Positions 1 through 12,980 of a DNA stretch of 64,000 nt are shown here, piece by piece (position 1 is the stretch's first letter; every line of letters starts with the position of its first letter). Under the pieces are notes generated by a model. The model was not told where the DNA came from. It saw only the letters and a program-made list of their open reading frames with translations, and did not search any database. The position numbers were made by a program, and so were the translations under genes. Source of the stretch: Octopus vulgaris. Lineage: Eukaryota. The stretch is taken from positions 65,906,001-65,970,000 of the forward strand of contig OX597823.1 of NCBI GenBank assembly GCA_951406725.2, in the 5' to 3' direction.

Positions 1-66
1 TGGGAATATTATTCCAAACTTACAGGGAAAAATTCAATTCAGAAATGCTAAATCAAATTTCACAAA

Positions 67-125
<59 letters not shown>

Positions 126-127
<2 letters not shown>

Positions 128-179
128 CAATGTGTTTGGAGGTCATATCACCCGGGCAACACCAGGATGCATTACTAGT
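126..179 (+). mobile_element. Helitron-like 3' terminus remnant between (TA)n tracts
   Basis: GC-rich hairpin CCCGGGCAACACCAGG followed ~8 nt later by CTAG|T (175-179), the typical Helitron 3' end. The same motif type occurs at 43554-43581. Confidence 0.5.
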
Positions 180-209
180 ACATATATATATATATATATA
201 TATCATATG

Positions 210-1140
210 TAGTAACGATTCAGCAAGTAGAGAACCAGAAATTTTATTACTGCTTTGTAATGTATCCTATTCGAAATACCAATTTAATTCGCCAATTTAT
301 CAAGCACAGAAAAAGACCGATTGTCTCTCTCCTTTTGAGCAGAGAACCTTTAAAGAAGAGCCGCTGGTAAAAAAAAAAACAAGAAGAATAAATAAGGGAG
401 ATAATCAACGTTACAATAATTCAATGTCAAGAGGACGTAAACAAAATGTTTATCAAGCTGCTCTACTTTTAAATTCGAATAAGATGTATTCCTTGAAATG
501 CAGTCGTACAGAAAATTCCCTTTCTTGGAATTTATGTATTCGTTTGGTATTCTCAAGCCTTTTAAGAGATTTATTTTTCAAAAGAACATGCTAAACATTT
601 CATGACCCGTTAATAGAATGTCTAGTGTTGAAGTGGACGAGTTTCGACATCAAATGGAGAATCCTCTCCAACACCAGATTGAATAATAACGGATCCAAAC
701 AATGTTCAGTATCTTTTCTTGGAAATGTTTTTCCAATTTGAATGAGCGTTTCTTTTGCATAATTACCAATATGTTCAATAGTAAAGTATTTTCAAAACGT
801 CAGTGAATGACAAAATGTTCATCCAGGTGTACATTATGGAACAATTGCACGCAGATCAAAATGCAAAACAACATTTCTTCCGACTCCTTTCGGTCTGTGT
901 TCAAATTCCACGAAAAAAAATCTTTGATCTTAATCCTATCGGAGACGATGAAATAAGCACCAGTAGAACCCTGTGGTCGATGTAACGAGCACCTTTCTCC
1001 AAAGTTTCACTGTTTGTGTCTGTAGAGGAAAGGGTTATATTTAGCCAAGATCTAGTGGCGAGGCTGTACAATATATAACATCTCAGACCAAAGTTTATGT
1101 AAGTGGCACGGCTGTTAAGTGTCACGGCTGTCATAGCACC
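210..1140 (-). mobile_element. Possible decayed Mutator-like (MULE) DNA transposon
   Basis: The terminus near 1100-1140 has a tandem 15-mer (cagccgtgacactta/cagccgtgccactta on -). A frameshifted CNC...FCH segment near 800-870 weakly resembles a SWIM finger. No intact ORF. Confidence 0.25.
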
Positions 1141-1389
1141 TTGCCAGTAATATTGCTTGATTTTGGCACATACAATTTATAAGGTATTCTGTTCATATAT
1201 TACAGTAGTTTGTGTCTACTAATGAAAACAATATTAAAGTTAGTTGAAGTCAGAAAGCGAATGTTAAATATCTTGGGCAAAAACAACCAAGTAATATCGT
1301 TAGTGGGCTATGAAGCATGAAGACTTCGGCCATTAGTCAGCTGCGCAGCCAAAAGATTTAAACAAATGTTGAGGCTGGAAAAGGAGAAT

Positions 1390-1424
<35 letters not shown>

Positions 1425-1649
1425 CAAGAGAGAGGAGAAAGAGAGAGGGAGAGCTGTGGAAGATAGGAAAGAAAAATTACAACAGCGCAGGAAGGAGCAT
1501 GAAAGAGAGCAAGGAAGAATACAAGAATTAAAGAAGGGATGAAATGAAGGAGGAGAAAAGAAATGAGTTAGCTTCAAAGATTAAAAAGAACTAATGGAGT
1601 AAATGAAGCAGATATAGATATAGACAGTAAGAAAATTTATATCCATACT

Positions 1650-1650
1650 T

Positions 1651-1700
<50 letters not shown>

Positions 1701-2928
1701 ATATACACATACACACACACATACATATATATATATACATATGTATGTATTGTTTACGTATATATATATATACCTACATATATATATACATATATATATA
1801 TATAGACATATATATATATATTAATAGATATAGATACATATACATAGAAATGTATATACATAGATGTATGTGTGATACATACGTGCATTATTGTATGTAT
1901 ATATGTATGCATATCTGTGTTTATATTAAAGTGCAGGACAACACAGCTAATTTGGATTTATAGAGCGATAAAAACCATTGAAAGGAAGTGCAATGATGTA
2001 AATCGAGAAGGAAAATAGAGAGAGAATGGAAGGTTCTTGAGGAAGACAATTACAATTGTGGACGGATCAGGAGGGGAAAAGTGTAAGCGAGAGATAGACA
2101 GTGTTCACGTGTGGGAGATGAAAGTGAGTATATATAGAGAGCAAAAAGGAAAAGGTGAAATATATAGAATAAAAGAGAATTAACGTCTTGAGGAAACACA
2201 TCTGATTGAAAGCGTAAAGGGAAAGATTGTCTGGAAATGAAAATGGACAAGACAGAAAGATAATATGTATGAAAGTATTTGTGTGAGGAAAATGCGGTCA
2301 AGTAAAACAGAGAAAAATATACAAAGATCTTGAGGAAGATTACTGAAAGGCATACAAGTATTGGAAATATAATGATTTTACTTGTTCATACCTTCAATCT
2401 CTCTTTAATTTCAACATAAACTCTCTCCCACAGAAATACAAACAGTCACACCTGCAAACATGCATACATTCAGGTACACAGATGTATGCATATACAGATA
2501 TACACAATCGTAGAAGATTCACTACTCGTTCACAAATGTACTTTGGCAGACACACGCACACAGAAATGTAATCCATTACTGCTGTCATGGGTAATCAACG
2601 CGGACAAAGGCGAGAGTCTGAGCAATTTATTGAAATAAGAATATACAGTCTAATAGAAGCAATTGTGAGTGTACATTTATGCATAAGAATGCGTTTATTC
2701 GTACATATTACGTTTACATATATATTTCTGAGAGTGTGTTGTATGCCTCGTATATGTGTGCTTTGTGCATTGTTATGGGCATGCAATCAATACATGAGAG
2801 GGGGTGATGGGGGTCAGTTAATATTGTAGATGCGTGTTTGTTGGCGATGAGACTGAGCGGAAATAATTCTCATTTCTAGATGTATCGAAATAAACAGAAA
2901 AATTTGTGTCTGTGTGTGCCTAGGTATG

Positions 2929-3002
<74 letters not shown>

Positions 3003-3160
3003 TACACACACATTTACATATATATAGAGTGCATGTATGTGTATGTATTACTGTATATATGTATGCCTGCTTGTATATATAGATATATAGAGCAAATAGA
3101 ATTGGAATGTAAGTCTATGTGTGTATATATTTAGATATGCATCTTTGATTGCGTATATGC

Positions 3161-3195
<35 letters not shown>

Positions 3196-3579
3196 CTACT
3201 GTACATATGTATATATATACATATATACATATATATATATTTATATAATGAGAGAGATACATATATATACACAGATATATATATATATACATATACACAC
3301 GAATAGCAACAAAAATACACATACATCCACATATAGATATGCGTGCACATTTCTCTGTTTGATTGTTTCTGTGTATGGGTGTATATTCCTTTGAGAAGAT
3401 ATGCTCAGAAGATATATCTTTCAACATTGAACAAACTTTTCGTCGTATCAGAAGAAGAATAGAGTTTCCACTGTCAAAGGTTAATATATAAATTTATAAT
3501 GGAAAAGGAGAGAATTCACACACATACTTGCCCATATCTATGTATATATATATATGAATATGTATATATATATGTATAT

Positions 3580-3613
<34 letters not shown>

Positions 3614-3930
3614 TCAGAGAGAGAGAAAGAGAGAGAGAGAGAGAGGGAGAGAGTAGAGGGAGAATTAAAATAAAGGTTGCACGTTGTAATTCACAACGAA
3701 ACAGAGTTTAACCTTTTGTGGCTAGCGGTATCCATCAAAGGGTTTCAGAGTCTGAATTTAGAAGTGTTACGTTGGTTAGAGTAATGTTCATATATGTAGT
3801 CTAATGACATTAAAGAAGTTATTAAACAACTACAAAATCCATCAAAGGCTAAGTCTGTGATGTAAGTGAGAAGAGTTTATCACCCGCGCCATGAAGAACT
3901 TACAACACGTTCACGTATATATATATATGC

Positions 3931-3961
<31 letters not shown>

Positions 3962-4003
3962 AATGTATATATATGTATGTATGTATATTCATGCTTGGAT
4001 GGA

Positions 4004-4043
<40 letters not shown>

Positions 4044-4392
4044 ATATATGTATACATATATATATATATATACATACAGATAGATATATATATATATATA
4101 TACATATATACATATATATATATACATATATATATATATATGCATTCATACGTATATACATACATATATACATACATATATATATATATGTATATATACA
4201 TACATATATATATATAGATGCATACGTATATACATACTTACGCACATATAAATATATATATATCGAACTCTCTCATGCACCAAATGGCAATTGCTAAAAA
4301 GCATTCGTGAAGTAAGGTCATGTAGCAACACCAAATGGCGGTGCCCCAGCATGACCACAGCTCGTGAGCTGAAACTAGATAAAATAAATACA

Positions 4393-4473
<81 letters not shown>

Positions 4474-4517
4474 CATATATATACATATATATATGTATGT
4501 ATGTTCATACTTGGATT

Positions 4518-4595
<78 letters not shown>

Positions 4596-4900
4596 GTATA
4601 TACACAAATATACATACATACGTATATACATACATGCGTACATATATATATATATATTTATATTTATATCTATATATTGCTGTAAAGACATAGACAAGCG
4701 TGTATATACGTTCGGTTTGACCAGCGAGGTACTGGTGTATTTATATTCACCGTAGCCTAGAATGACGTGTGTATATACATCAGAGAGTATACGTAATCAT
4801 ACCCCCTACGCATATATACATGTGTGTATGTGTATGCGCGTTTGTGTATGTGTGTGCGCGTGTGTGTATGTGTGTGTGTGCATGTCTGTGTATATTGCAA
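1650..4900. repeat. Compound microsatellite field: (TA)n, (TG/CA)n, (GA)n with short unique inserts
   Basis: Seen directly. It accounts for the many IYIYIY-type ORFs here. Confidence 0.95.
4335..4395 (+). mobile_element. SINE 3' tail fragment in (TA)n
   Basis: atggcggtgccccagcatg(a/g)ccacagctc..gagctgaaact is also present at 55930-55990. Related tails occur at ~49290-49345 and on the minus strand near 59270-59320. Confidence 0.65.
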
Positions 4901-5066
4901 GGCGTTTACATATTTCTCGTAAATTCTTTGCCGATGTATCTGGATATTGAAATTCACATAGAATCTTTTTTTATATATATAATTTTAATATTTTTTATTT
5001 ATTTCAGACCGAGTCCGCCCGACTTTCAAAAAGTACACACACATTCCCAACAATATTCTGGAAGTT

Positions 5067-5283
5067 AATGCGGCAAGCTGGCAGAAACGTTAGCATGCCG
5101 GGCGAAATGCTTAGCGTCATTTCGTCTGCCGCTACGTTCTGAGTTCAAATTCCGTCGAGGTTGACTTTGTCTTTCAACCTCTCGGGGTCTATAAATTAAG
5201 TACCAGCTGTGTATTGAGGTCGATCTAACTGACTGTCCCCTTGCCCCACAATTTCGGGCCTTGTACCTAGAATGGAAATGTAA
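5067..5283 (+). mobile_element. tRNA-derived SINE with Meta/MESC-type central domain
   Basis: A-box-like agctggcagaaacgttagc, B-box-like gagttcaaattcc, and core gactttgtctttcaacctctcggggtctataaattaagtaccag. Flanked by a 12-bp near-perfect TSD, att(c)(t/c)ggaagtt, at 5055-5066 and 5284-5295. Confidence 0.85.
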
Positions 5284-5754
5284 ATTCCGGAAGTTGATAA
5301 ATTACTCTTTTTTTTTTAAGCATGAGGGGATGCCTATTGAACGTTAAACAACGGACGATATGTCTCAGGCTTCGCTTTTGTCGCTTAATATGCTAGATAT
5401 AATAATCACATGTTTTCATGCCAAACGCCATTTACGTATGACAATATGAAAGCAAACATTGAAAAATATACAAATATAGATATCATGAGGCAAGAGATTA
5501 ATTTTTTTGGCCTAATTTTGTAATCCTGTAATTCACCCCCGATTTCCAGGCTTTTAAAATAACAATATATGCTATGTTTTTATTCTTCTTGCTGTGCTTT
5601 AGTTTTTCTTGTTGGTGTACGAAGTGCATTTTTTCTGCTTTCAGAGAAATTTATGATATAAATATTACCAAATATTTCCTGATAAAAATCGTTAATGAAT
5701 GGTAAATAATGCAATACATTATATTTGCAATGAAATTATTCGAGTCATTAGCAA

Positions 5755-6255
5755 TCTTAGCCCTAATTCTAAACTCTATACCCAAATATAAATCCTCATC
5801 CTATGTAATAGGAAACGCTAAACCTTAAATCCAAGCCCTAATCTTAAACCCTAAACCTAAACCTGAAGTCTAACACCAACCCATAATTTTAAACAATAAT
5901 CTTATGCTATAACTTCAAGTCGTAACCTGAAAATTAATCCTAAATTTACACATCAACACTAAAACTTAACTATTGTCTTAAGCCTTTAGCATTTAAACCG
6001 GTCATATCCAGCCCAAATATTCTTTCTGTGTTATGCTGAAACTGGCCAAACCCAGCCTCCCACATCTGCACTACAATGTTATTCTAAAGATAAACAATTA
6101 CATCTTCAAAATGTTGAAGGTAATGTTTTTAAAATGCTGCTAAATAAGCATTACATTGATGAATTATTTTGAATGCTTAACCCTAACTCTAGCCTTAATC
6201 TATGAAGACTAACAGTAATCACCAACCCTTAACCATATCTAAACCTTAATCATAA
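5755..6255. repeat. Degenerate (CCCTAA)n-like telomeric-type tract
   Basis: Repeated ccctaa/cctaaa/ccttaa units, e.g. aaaccctaaacctaaacc and taaccctaactctagccttaa. Interrupted by an insert at 5982-6176. Confidence 0.55.
5982..6176 (+). mobile_element. piggyBac-type MITE remnant
   Basis: TTAA on both sides (5978-5981, 6177-6180). Residual TIR cctttagcatt ... aatgct; the right TIR is truncated. Confidence 0.45.
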
Positions 6256-6912
6256 GAGATTTCCCTAATAGTTTCGATTATTTACTGAAGTGGATAACGA
6301 GAATGGATAAATCTGATGGTTTAAAATTCATTTTTTTAAATTTTAGTTTATATTTTTTTCAGAAAACGATGGGGGCTTTTGTTGTTGCGATAGGAAAATG
6401 GAAAAAAAAACCCTGTCGGATACCTGAAAAAAAATTAGCACAATGAACCTAATGAAAAAGATCCTATCCCGGATCTTTTCCAATCTTATCTGTTATTTTA
6501 CCAGACGTTTGTGAAGTGTGACTCAGAGAGATTTGATTGAAAGCGATTTCTTCTCAATGTTTTTAAATTACCACCACTAACGGCATGTTCTAGTGAATCC
6601 CAACGAACGAAACATTGTTTTTATTACAAAGTATATTATAACATCGAAATAATTGTACGGTTTCCCAGCCGCGAAGGAGCGATACAGGTTCTATCGAAAC
6701 GATCACTGTGAACAATAAAGTTTCCCATATATTCCACTTGCCGTCTCTATTGTTTCTATTATACTCTACGTACACTGAGGAATTCCTGAGATAGGATCCA
6801 GCGACGATTGTGCAATTACCGTGGATGACACCAGGTAGCCATAAGCAGTAAATGTGCTTCATCGGCACACTACGAGAGACATATCCAACACATAAATTTT
6901 AGATTTTAACTG

Positions 6913-6958
<46 letters not shown>

Positions 6959-7347
6959 ATTTGTAGCTAATAATTCAGGAGTAAATATTTACGAAGATAT
7001 TATTGGTTCTCTTATTGTCCAATATAACAATTACAATGATAATAACAGAATCAATAATATAGGGAATTGTGAGCCCCAAAAAGCATTAAATAGCTGAAGG
7101 TTTAAAATTAATCAAAGGACATACTAAGAATGTCTACCTACTAGAAATAACAGTCAAAACTCAAAATTAAATGAGTGCACAATTATCTCCCCTATCAATT
7201 TATCGTTTTCAACTGTCAGTTTGATGAGCAATCCGAAACAGGTCCTTCAATTATGTTGAAAGAATAAAACCTTATATCTTTATTATCATGCCAATAATAT
7301 ACTATTGAATCCTCTAAAACAAATCTTCTGGGATTTTTCATGTTCCC

Positions 7348-7419
<72 letters not shown>

Positions 7420-8235
7420 CACATGATAATTTCACATGAAAAGATCGAAGGTTTAAAATATGTCAGTCAATATAAATTCTAAAAGTAGTATGCTACGTAA
7501 TTTTGGACTCAGCGGGTTTCATCTGTATTTCCCGTTTACGCCAAATCGTCATCTGCGATTTTTGAACTGAGTAACGAATATCAATTAAACCTAGCAAGCG
7601 TTACACAATTAAATCTAATGTGATCAACTACCATTGTTCCTCATATCCATTCTAACAAAACGGATCTAAGCAAATAATTGGCGCAATATATATCTGTCTG
7701 TCTTTTTTAGTGAGTCTCTAAATATATTACCCAATTTGCCCGCCATTTCTAGCAAGCAAAGAAACCACGTGTTTTGTTAATTCGAATATTTTACAAATAT
7801 ATGAAGGGGAAAAAATCCGTAGCATATTTAAAAATATATCTTCAATAATCAAGCATTTTCCATGAGCTAAAAAGATAAATACATCCTGTTGTAAAGTGAA
7901 GAAATGGCTACTCTTGGAAAATCCGTTTTCAGCGGCAAGTAAAGCCTTCCCTTTTTTACAATTAACTCAGGTTGCATGTTATCGATCTATCCATGTACAT
8001 AATTATATATCACACAATACTATATCACATAGAGATACTTAAAAAACGAAATGAGTATTTTCGTTTCTCGCTGTGCAATTGTTTAATTATCAATAAAATA
8101 CATAAAATAAACAGTCATATTATACACTCGTTTTATGATCCGAATAATTGGATACCAATGTAGAAACAGATAAGTGCTCATTAAACTTTACGCTCTACCT
8201 TTGCGATTATCGAACTTACTTCAACATATATATAT

Positions 8236-8759
8236 ATTACCGGTTTAGTAAATGTTTTTATCTTCATTTCACTTAATTTATCAAGCTTCTGTATTCCTAG
8301 CACATATTTCGCCTTAATGTACTGATATATGAAAAATATATGGCTTGTGTTAGTAATACCAGCGATTATAATTATTTTTATTTTATCGCAATTTGATTTG
8401 TTTACATATTTCTCGATAAATTATGAGCGCCAGGCGATATATAGTTTTGTCGGGACGTTCGGAGTCTGCGCAGTGATATGATTAGTTAGGAGAGTATACG
8501 CATGCTTCTAGTGAGTTAGGATCCCAGAGAAACAGGGTCTCACTGAAGAATTCTCCTGAGCAAATAAATTATCTTTATTGCTGAAAAGAAAGAAACTGCA
8601 GTCTGAGAATTACCGGTTTAGTAAATGTTTTTATCTTCATTTCACTTAATTTATCAAGCTTCTGTATATATATTTCGCCTTAATGTATGATATATGAAAA
8701 ATATATGGCTTGTGTTAGTAATACCAGCGATTATATTATTTTTATTTTATATTTGATTT

Positions 8760-8764
<5 letters not shown>
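8236..8764 (+). mobile_element. Retrozyme-like / Penelope pLTR-like element: 373-bp unit present ~1.4 times, flanked by (TA)n
   Basis: Direct repeats 8236-8404 and 8609-8764 start identically (attaccggtttagtaaatg), period 373 bp. A hammerhead ribozyme lies immediately before the second copy. Confidence 0.8.
8538..8608 (+). ncRNA. Type I hammerhead ribozyme
   Basis: TCTCA-CTGAAGA-[helix II TTCT/AGAA plus AGCAAATAAA/TTTATTGCT]-GAAAC-TGCA-GTC-TGAGA. Helix I is TCTCA/TGAGA; helix III is the palindrome ACTGCAGT; predicted cut after 8603. Pair 10.1/11.1 is an A-A mismatch. Confidence 0.8.
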
Positions 8765-8794
<30 letters not shown>

Positions 8795-9589
8795 CATATA
8801 TATATATACATAGCAGAAAGATAAATGCCATGTGAGTCCGTGATATTTCTATATAGTAATTAGCAAATCGATATATAATTGCAAGTTTCATCTAACTATG
8901 TATTTATTTATTTGTATGTGTGTATATATATATGCCTAATGTTATGAGGAATCTTTGTTTTGTATTATCAATGAGTGATATCAAATGACCTTCCAAGTTA
9001 TATCGGGTTTTGCTTGTTTTGCATAGTAAAATAGCTGTAATTTCTGGTAAAGCTATTATGGGGAGTATTTAAATATCCATTATTTGAAGCAAATATCTTT
9101 TTATAAGTCTATTAAATGTTTTTGCCAAGGGTCACTCTTACGAATCAAATTAGTGTATATATTGCCAATTCTGAACTCCCACGCAATGTGAATGAAAAGT
9201 ATAGATTGGGTTTATATAGCCGCGTTGAATCCTGAATGTATCCATGATTTTATAAAATTATATGAACTGATGGATTAGTTTTCACTACCATACATCGTAC
9301 GTAATGCACAACTGTTTTAGATAATTGCAAATTAGCATATTCATGTAAACTTTATATATGAATTTGAAATACATTGAACACATTATGAAACGGCTGTATA
9401 AATCTATCCATCCTATTTATCACCTCCGTTCAAAATTGTGGGAGTAGAGTCTTCATGAGCCCTTTGTATAGAAGCCTATGAGAAACAATTCTCTTTACAC
9501 ATTCCTACTGAAATGTGAAGCGTCACCAGCTGGGACAATGGATGTTATACAACCATCTTCTACTCAAGCAATATACTGTATTCTTATAC

Positions 9590-9900
9590 ATAACTGGTAC
9601 TCAGTCGTGTACTGCGATACGGGTTCCACTTGATTCGATCAATTACATGAAATTAACCTGCAAGTGGTTGAGCGCTCCACAGACAAGCGTACACTTAACC
9701 TAATTCTGAAGATCTGTCGTAAAACAGAATATAAGCCTGTTCCTTTAAAATTCAGGTACTACTCATTATTGTCTGCTGACTGAATGCAGCAACGTAAAAT
9801 AAAGTATCTTGCTGAAGGACACAACGTGCCGTTGGGAATCGAATTCATGACGTTAGGATCGTGAGCTGATACGCCGGACCGTTAAACCACATGCTTTCGC
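9590..9900 (-). mobile_element. tRNA-derived SINE (decayed)
   Basis: The reverse complement carries a tRNA-like head and gttgtgtccttcagcaagatactttatttta, matching the 44928-45264 and 53309-53520 copies. Confidence 0.7.
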
Positions 9901-10544
9901 ATTCTCATACAAATGCATTTATTATCACTTATGTTGCAAATGAACATATCTAAGAGGGAGAGAGAGGAGGAGATTCCTAAGCATGCAAACTTTTCTCACT
10001 TTACAAAATATCTTATGTCTACAACTATTAAGTAAGTCTTCATGGTGTCCAATTGCCAAGCCACAATATGCAAATAAAGACATCTTACTCAGGATGCTGC
10101 GGTATTCCGAAATTCTGTGACCATGAAATATCGCCACTTCCATAGTTGCAGTCACATTGAAATTGATAGTCAACGCAGAAGCAGTCATAGTCTTCTGCTT
10201 CCTACTACTCCTCATGACTGCGTCCCATTTTGAAGTGTACAGGGCCTTTATTTCTTACTCAAAGCTGACACTGCTTAGAAGACAAAGAGTGGAACCGTCA
10301 TATTTTCAGGCGCTCAGATGGTGTACTAAAGGCATGAACAGTGGTGATCCACCGAACCCATACATATCCTCTGTTGAGGTGCCGCATGATTTAAAACGTT
10401 TTCATTGTTCCTTGGATAACAAGCACGTTAACTTTAGACTTCTGCATTTTCCTCTTTATTTTAATGTTATTGCTTATTTGTAGTTACAGTATCAATGTCT
10501 AAATTAAGGAAAAAACGATAACGTACACATCTTATACATACATG

Positions 10545-10760
10545 GCAATATCTGTTTGTAGATCTGTCTGTTACCATCATGATGCCTATACCACTGAACC
10601 AATATTGACGAAAATTTGCAGTGATGTTAAACTAACATCCAGTTCAAATATAGGATAACTACATTTCAATAATATTCTTTAATGAGCTCTTATGTGGGGT
10701 TGGGCTATCATATGATCAAATGAGAAGGGTGCAAAGAATGTTAGTGCAAAAGAAATGTAA
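10545..10760 (+). mobile_element. Non-autonomous Helitron-like (DINE-1-like) 5' core fragment
   Basis: ctgtctgttaccatcatgatgcctataccactgaaccaatattgacgaaaatttgca parallels the core at 42120-42190. Confidence 0.4.
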
Positions 10761-11032
10761 TAGCTGAGTGAGTGTGAATGATATCAGAGAAGGGGAGATC
10801 AACGTTGTGTAAGTGACAAATATTGAGTTGCAATGAGATTCTAACGTTAATACAGCAGTCGTATACACCTGATGCCACATACAAGCTTTCGTAAATACAT
10901 ATGCCATGCATACACACATGTACATAAGTAACCTTTATAACGCAGAGGAAGGGAATAAAAGTGGGTGTACCATTAAGGACACGGAGATAGTTGGCTTTTC
11001 TGCTATCCATCGCAAAGAAACACTCACTCACG

Positions 11033-11070
<38 letters not shown>

Positions 11071-11814
11071 AACGTTCGTACATACATACTACGCACTATT
11101 TGAAACTCGTGATCACCTGTGTTTGGTTTCCAAATATGTTTTTGTTTGTATGTTATATGTGTGTCTGTGTTTGTGCGTGTGTGTCTGTGTTTTTGGCGCC
11201 CTGTAACTATCTGCCTATTTGTAGGGCCTTCCCTGTTACTGTCACATATTCTGAAATTTTAAAATTACATCAAAAGTTTCAAATTTAGTATATTGAAATA
11301 ATGTTCAATGTTAAACCAAATTTTGTTATTTATTATTTACAAAAAAGATTGCAGGAATGTGTTAGAGAGGTTTAAAGTTTAATCAATTTTACCTAATCAG
11401 AAAACGGGATTTGGATGCTCGAATTTTCTGCATGATAGCTGTCTATCATAAGATAAAAACAAACATTACGAGGAGGAATGTTTTTTATTAAACAAAAGAA
11501 AGCAAAGCATCACGACAACCAAAGTTATAAGAACTTCTGAAATTTTAATAAGTTTTAATGGATAAAGTATTGTGAAACGGTCGAACATACATGTATACAA
11601 CTCAAAAAGAAAAACAATATCCTCAACGAAGCCTTTTGCGAAAAATTGCATGAATCTGTCCTAAACAAGAGACATATCAGTCGGGAAAGGCATGGTCTGA
11701 CAGGGAATAAACAAGCAACTATATAAGACATACTACTGTAAAAATTTTCCGGCAACGATGGGCTATTCAGCTAGAACATACATACATACATACATACATA
11801 CATACATACATACA

Positions 11815-11845
<31 letters not shown>

Positions 11846-12719
11846 GTGTGTGTGTGTGCGTGCGTGTGTGTGTATGTGTATGTGTGTGTGCATGTGTGCG
11901 CGTATGTGTGCGTGTCTGCCTATGGATAGGCGTGTGATTAAATGGATGTAGTTGTGTTTGATTGAATGTCTTAAGATCTTAAAATCTTTCAGACTGGAAC
12001 TGAACAACATTTTGCGCAATAGAAATAGATGTCTATTACTCTTGTAGACATTCAATCCACCTACCTCATAAATAATGTGTTTTGACTAAAATCGCCTATG
12101 TTTTTTTCCTTGATTCAGTTCCTTTTTTTTACGAATATATTTAACTTTCCATTCATCGAATACACTTACTATTAACAATATATATATATATATCACGCAC
12201 TTCATTCGACTCATATATTATTGGATCGGTGTGTGCGAGATAATAACAAGGAAAGAATACAGGATAAAAAGAGATTTCGTAATATTTAATTGCAGTTCTG
12301 TATAACTTTGTTTCCCTGTAAATGAGTGAATATGTGTGCACAGGATTTATTTTGCTACTTACGCATGGAAAAACTAGTGATAGATATTTTTTATTCAGTG
12401 AGAAATTAAAAAAGATACAAAAAAAGTGTTTGTAAATCTTTATTCGTATAGTTAAATAAAAATAGTTGAATTATTTATATGCTTCAATTAAAGAAATGTG
12501 TTTCAGATTTTATGTTCTGTTCCTTCTTTAATTGTTTCTACATTTGTTAATTGGTTTATTTTGTGCATTTTCATTTCGAATTCAAATTGCTATTTTTCAG
12601 TTCTGATTCATCCTATAGAGAATCACTACACCAAATATGATTTAGTAAACATTCTGGTAAACTCATTTCATCAGTTGTGTGACAACAAAAATATATATTA
12701 AAAAATTGTTATTCTTTCA

Positions 12720-12914
12720 AATTTTGGTACAAGACCAGCTATTTGAGAGGAAATGTCTAGCAGATTACATCGACCCTCGATCTACTTGATCTCGAAAAGA
12801 CAAAGGGCAGATGCGGTTATGGTGGAATTTAAATTTAGAAGGAAGGAAAAGACCCGGAAGATACCCCGTTATGTGTTCTGATCGACGCGCTAACGATCCA
12901 CCTACGTCGTCGCT

Positions 12915-12915
<1 letters not shown>
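12720..12915 (-). mobile_element. Meta-type SINE (decayed)
   Basis: Reverse-complement similarity to 5067-5283 (gcgctaacgat..., acatcgaccc, ttggtacaagaccagc). Confidence 0.6.

Positions 12916-12980
<65 letters not shown>
12916..12980. repeat. (TAA)n microsatellite
   Basis: Seen directly. It abuts the 5' end of the Dong/R4 element. Confidence 0.98.

Noticed and set aside
1340-2400. Purine-rich stretch resembling a coiled-coil coding region
   Set aside because: Low-complexity GA-rich DNA with frequent stops and no splice-supported frame.
1745-4755. Many long ORFs rich in IY/YI, HT or CV
   Set aside because: They are translations of dinucleotide microsatellites. The same applies at 33360-33800, 43400-43900, 53460-53990 and 61365-61900.
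6665-6712. gata..tatcGAAACGATCactg hammerhead-like look
   Set aside because: No recognisable CTGANGA, and the cleavage triplet is out of register.
12485-12533. caattaaagaa/ttctttaattg hairpin with an internal minus-strand GAAAC
   Set aside because: The 5' core is absent; this could be a chance AT-rich hairpin.
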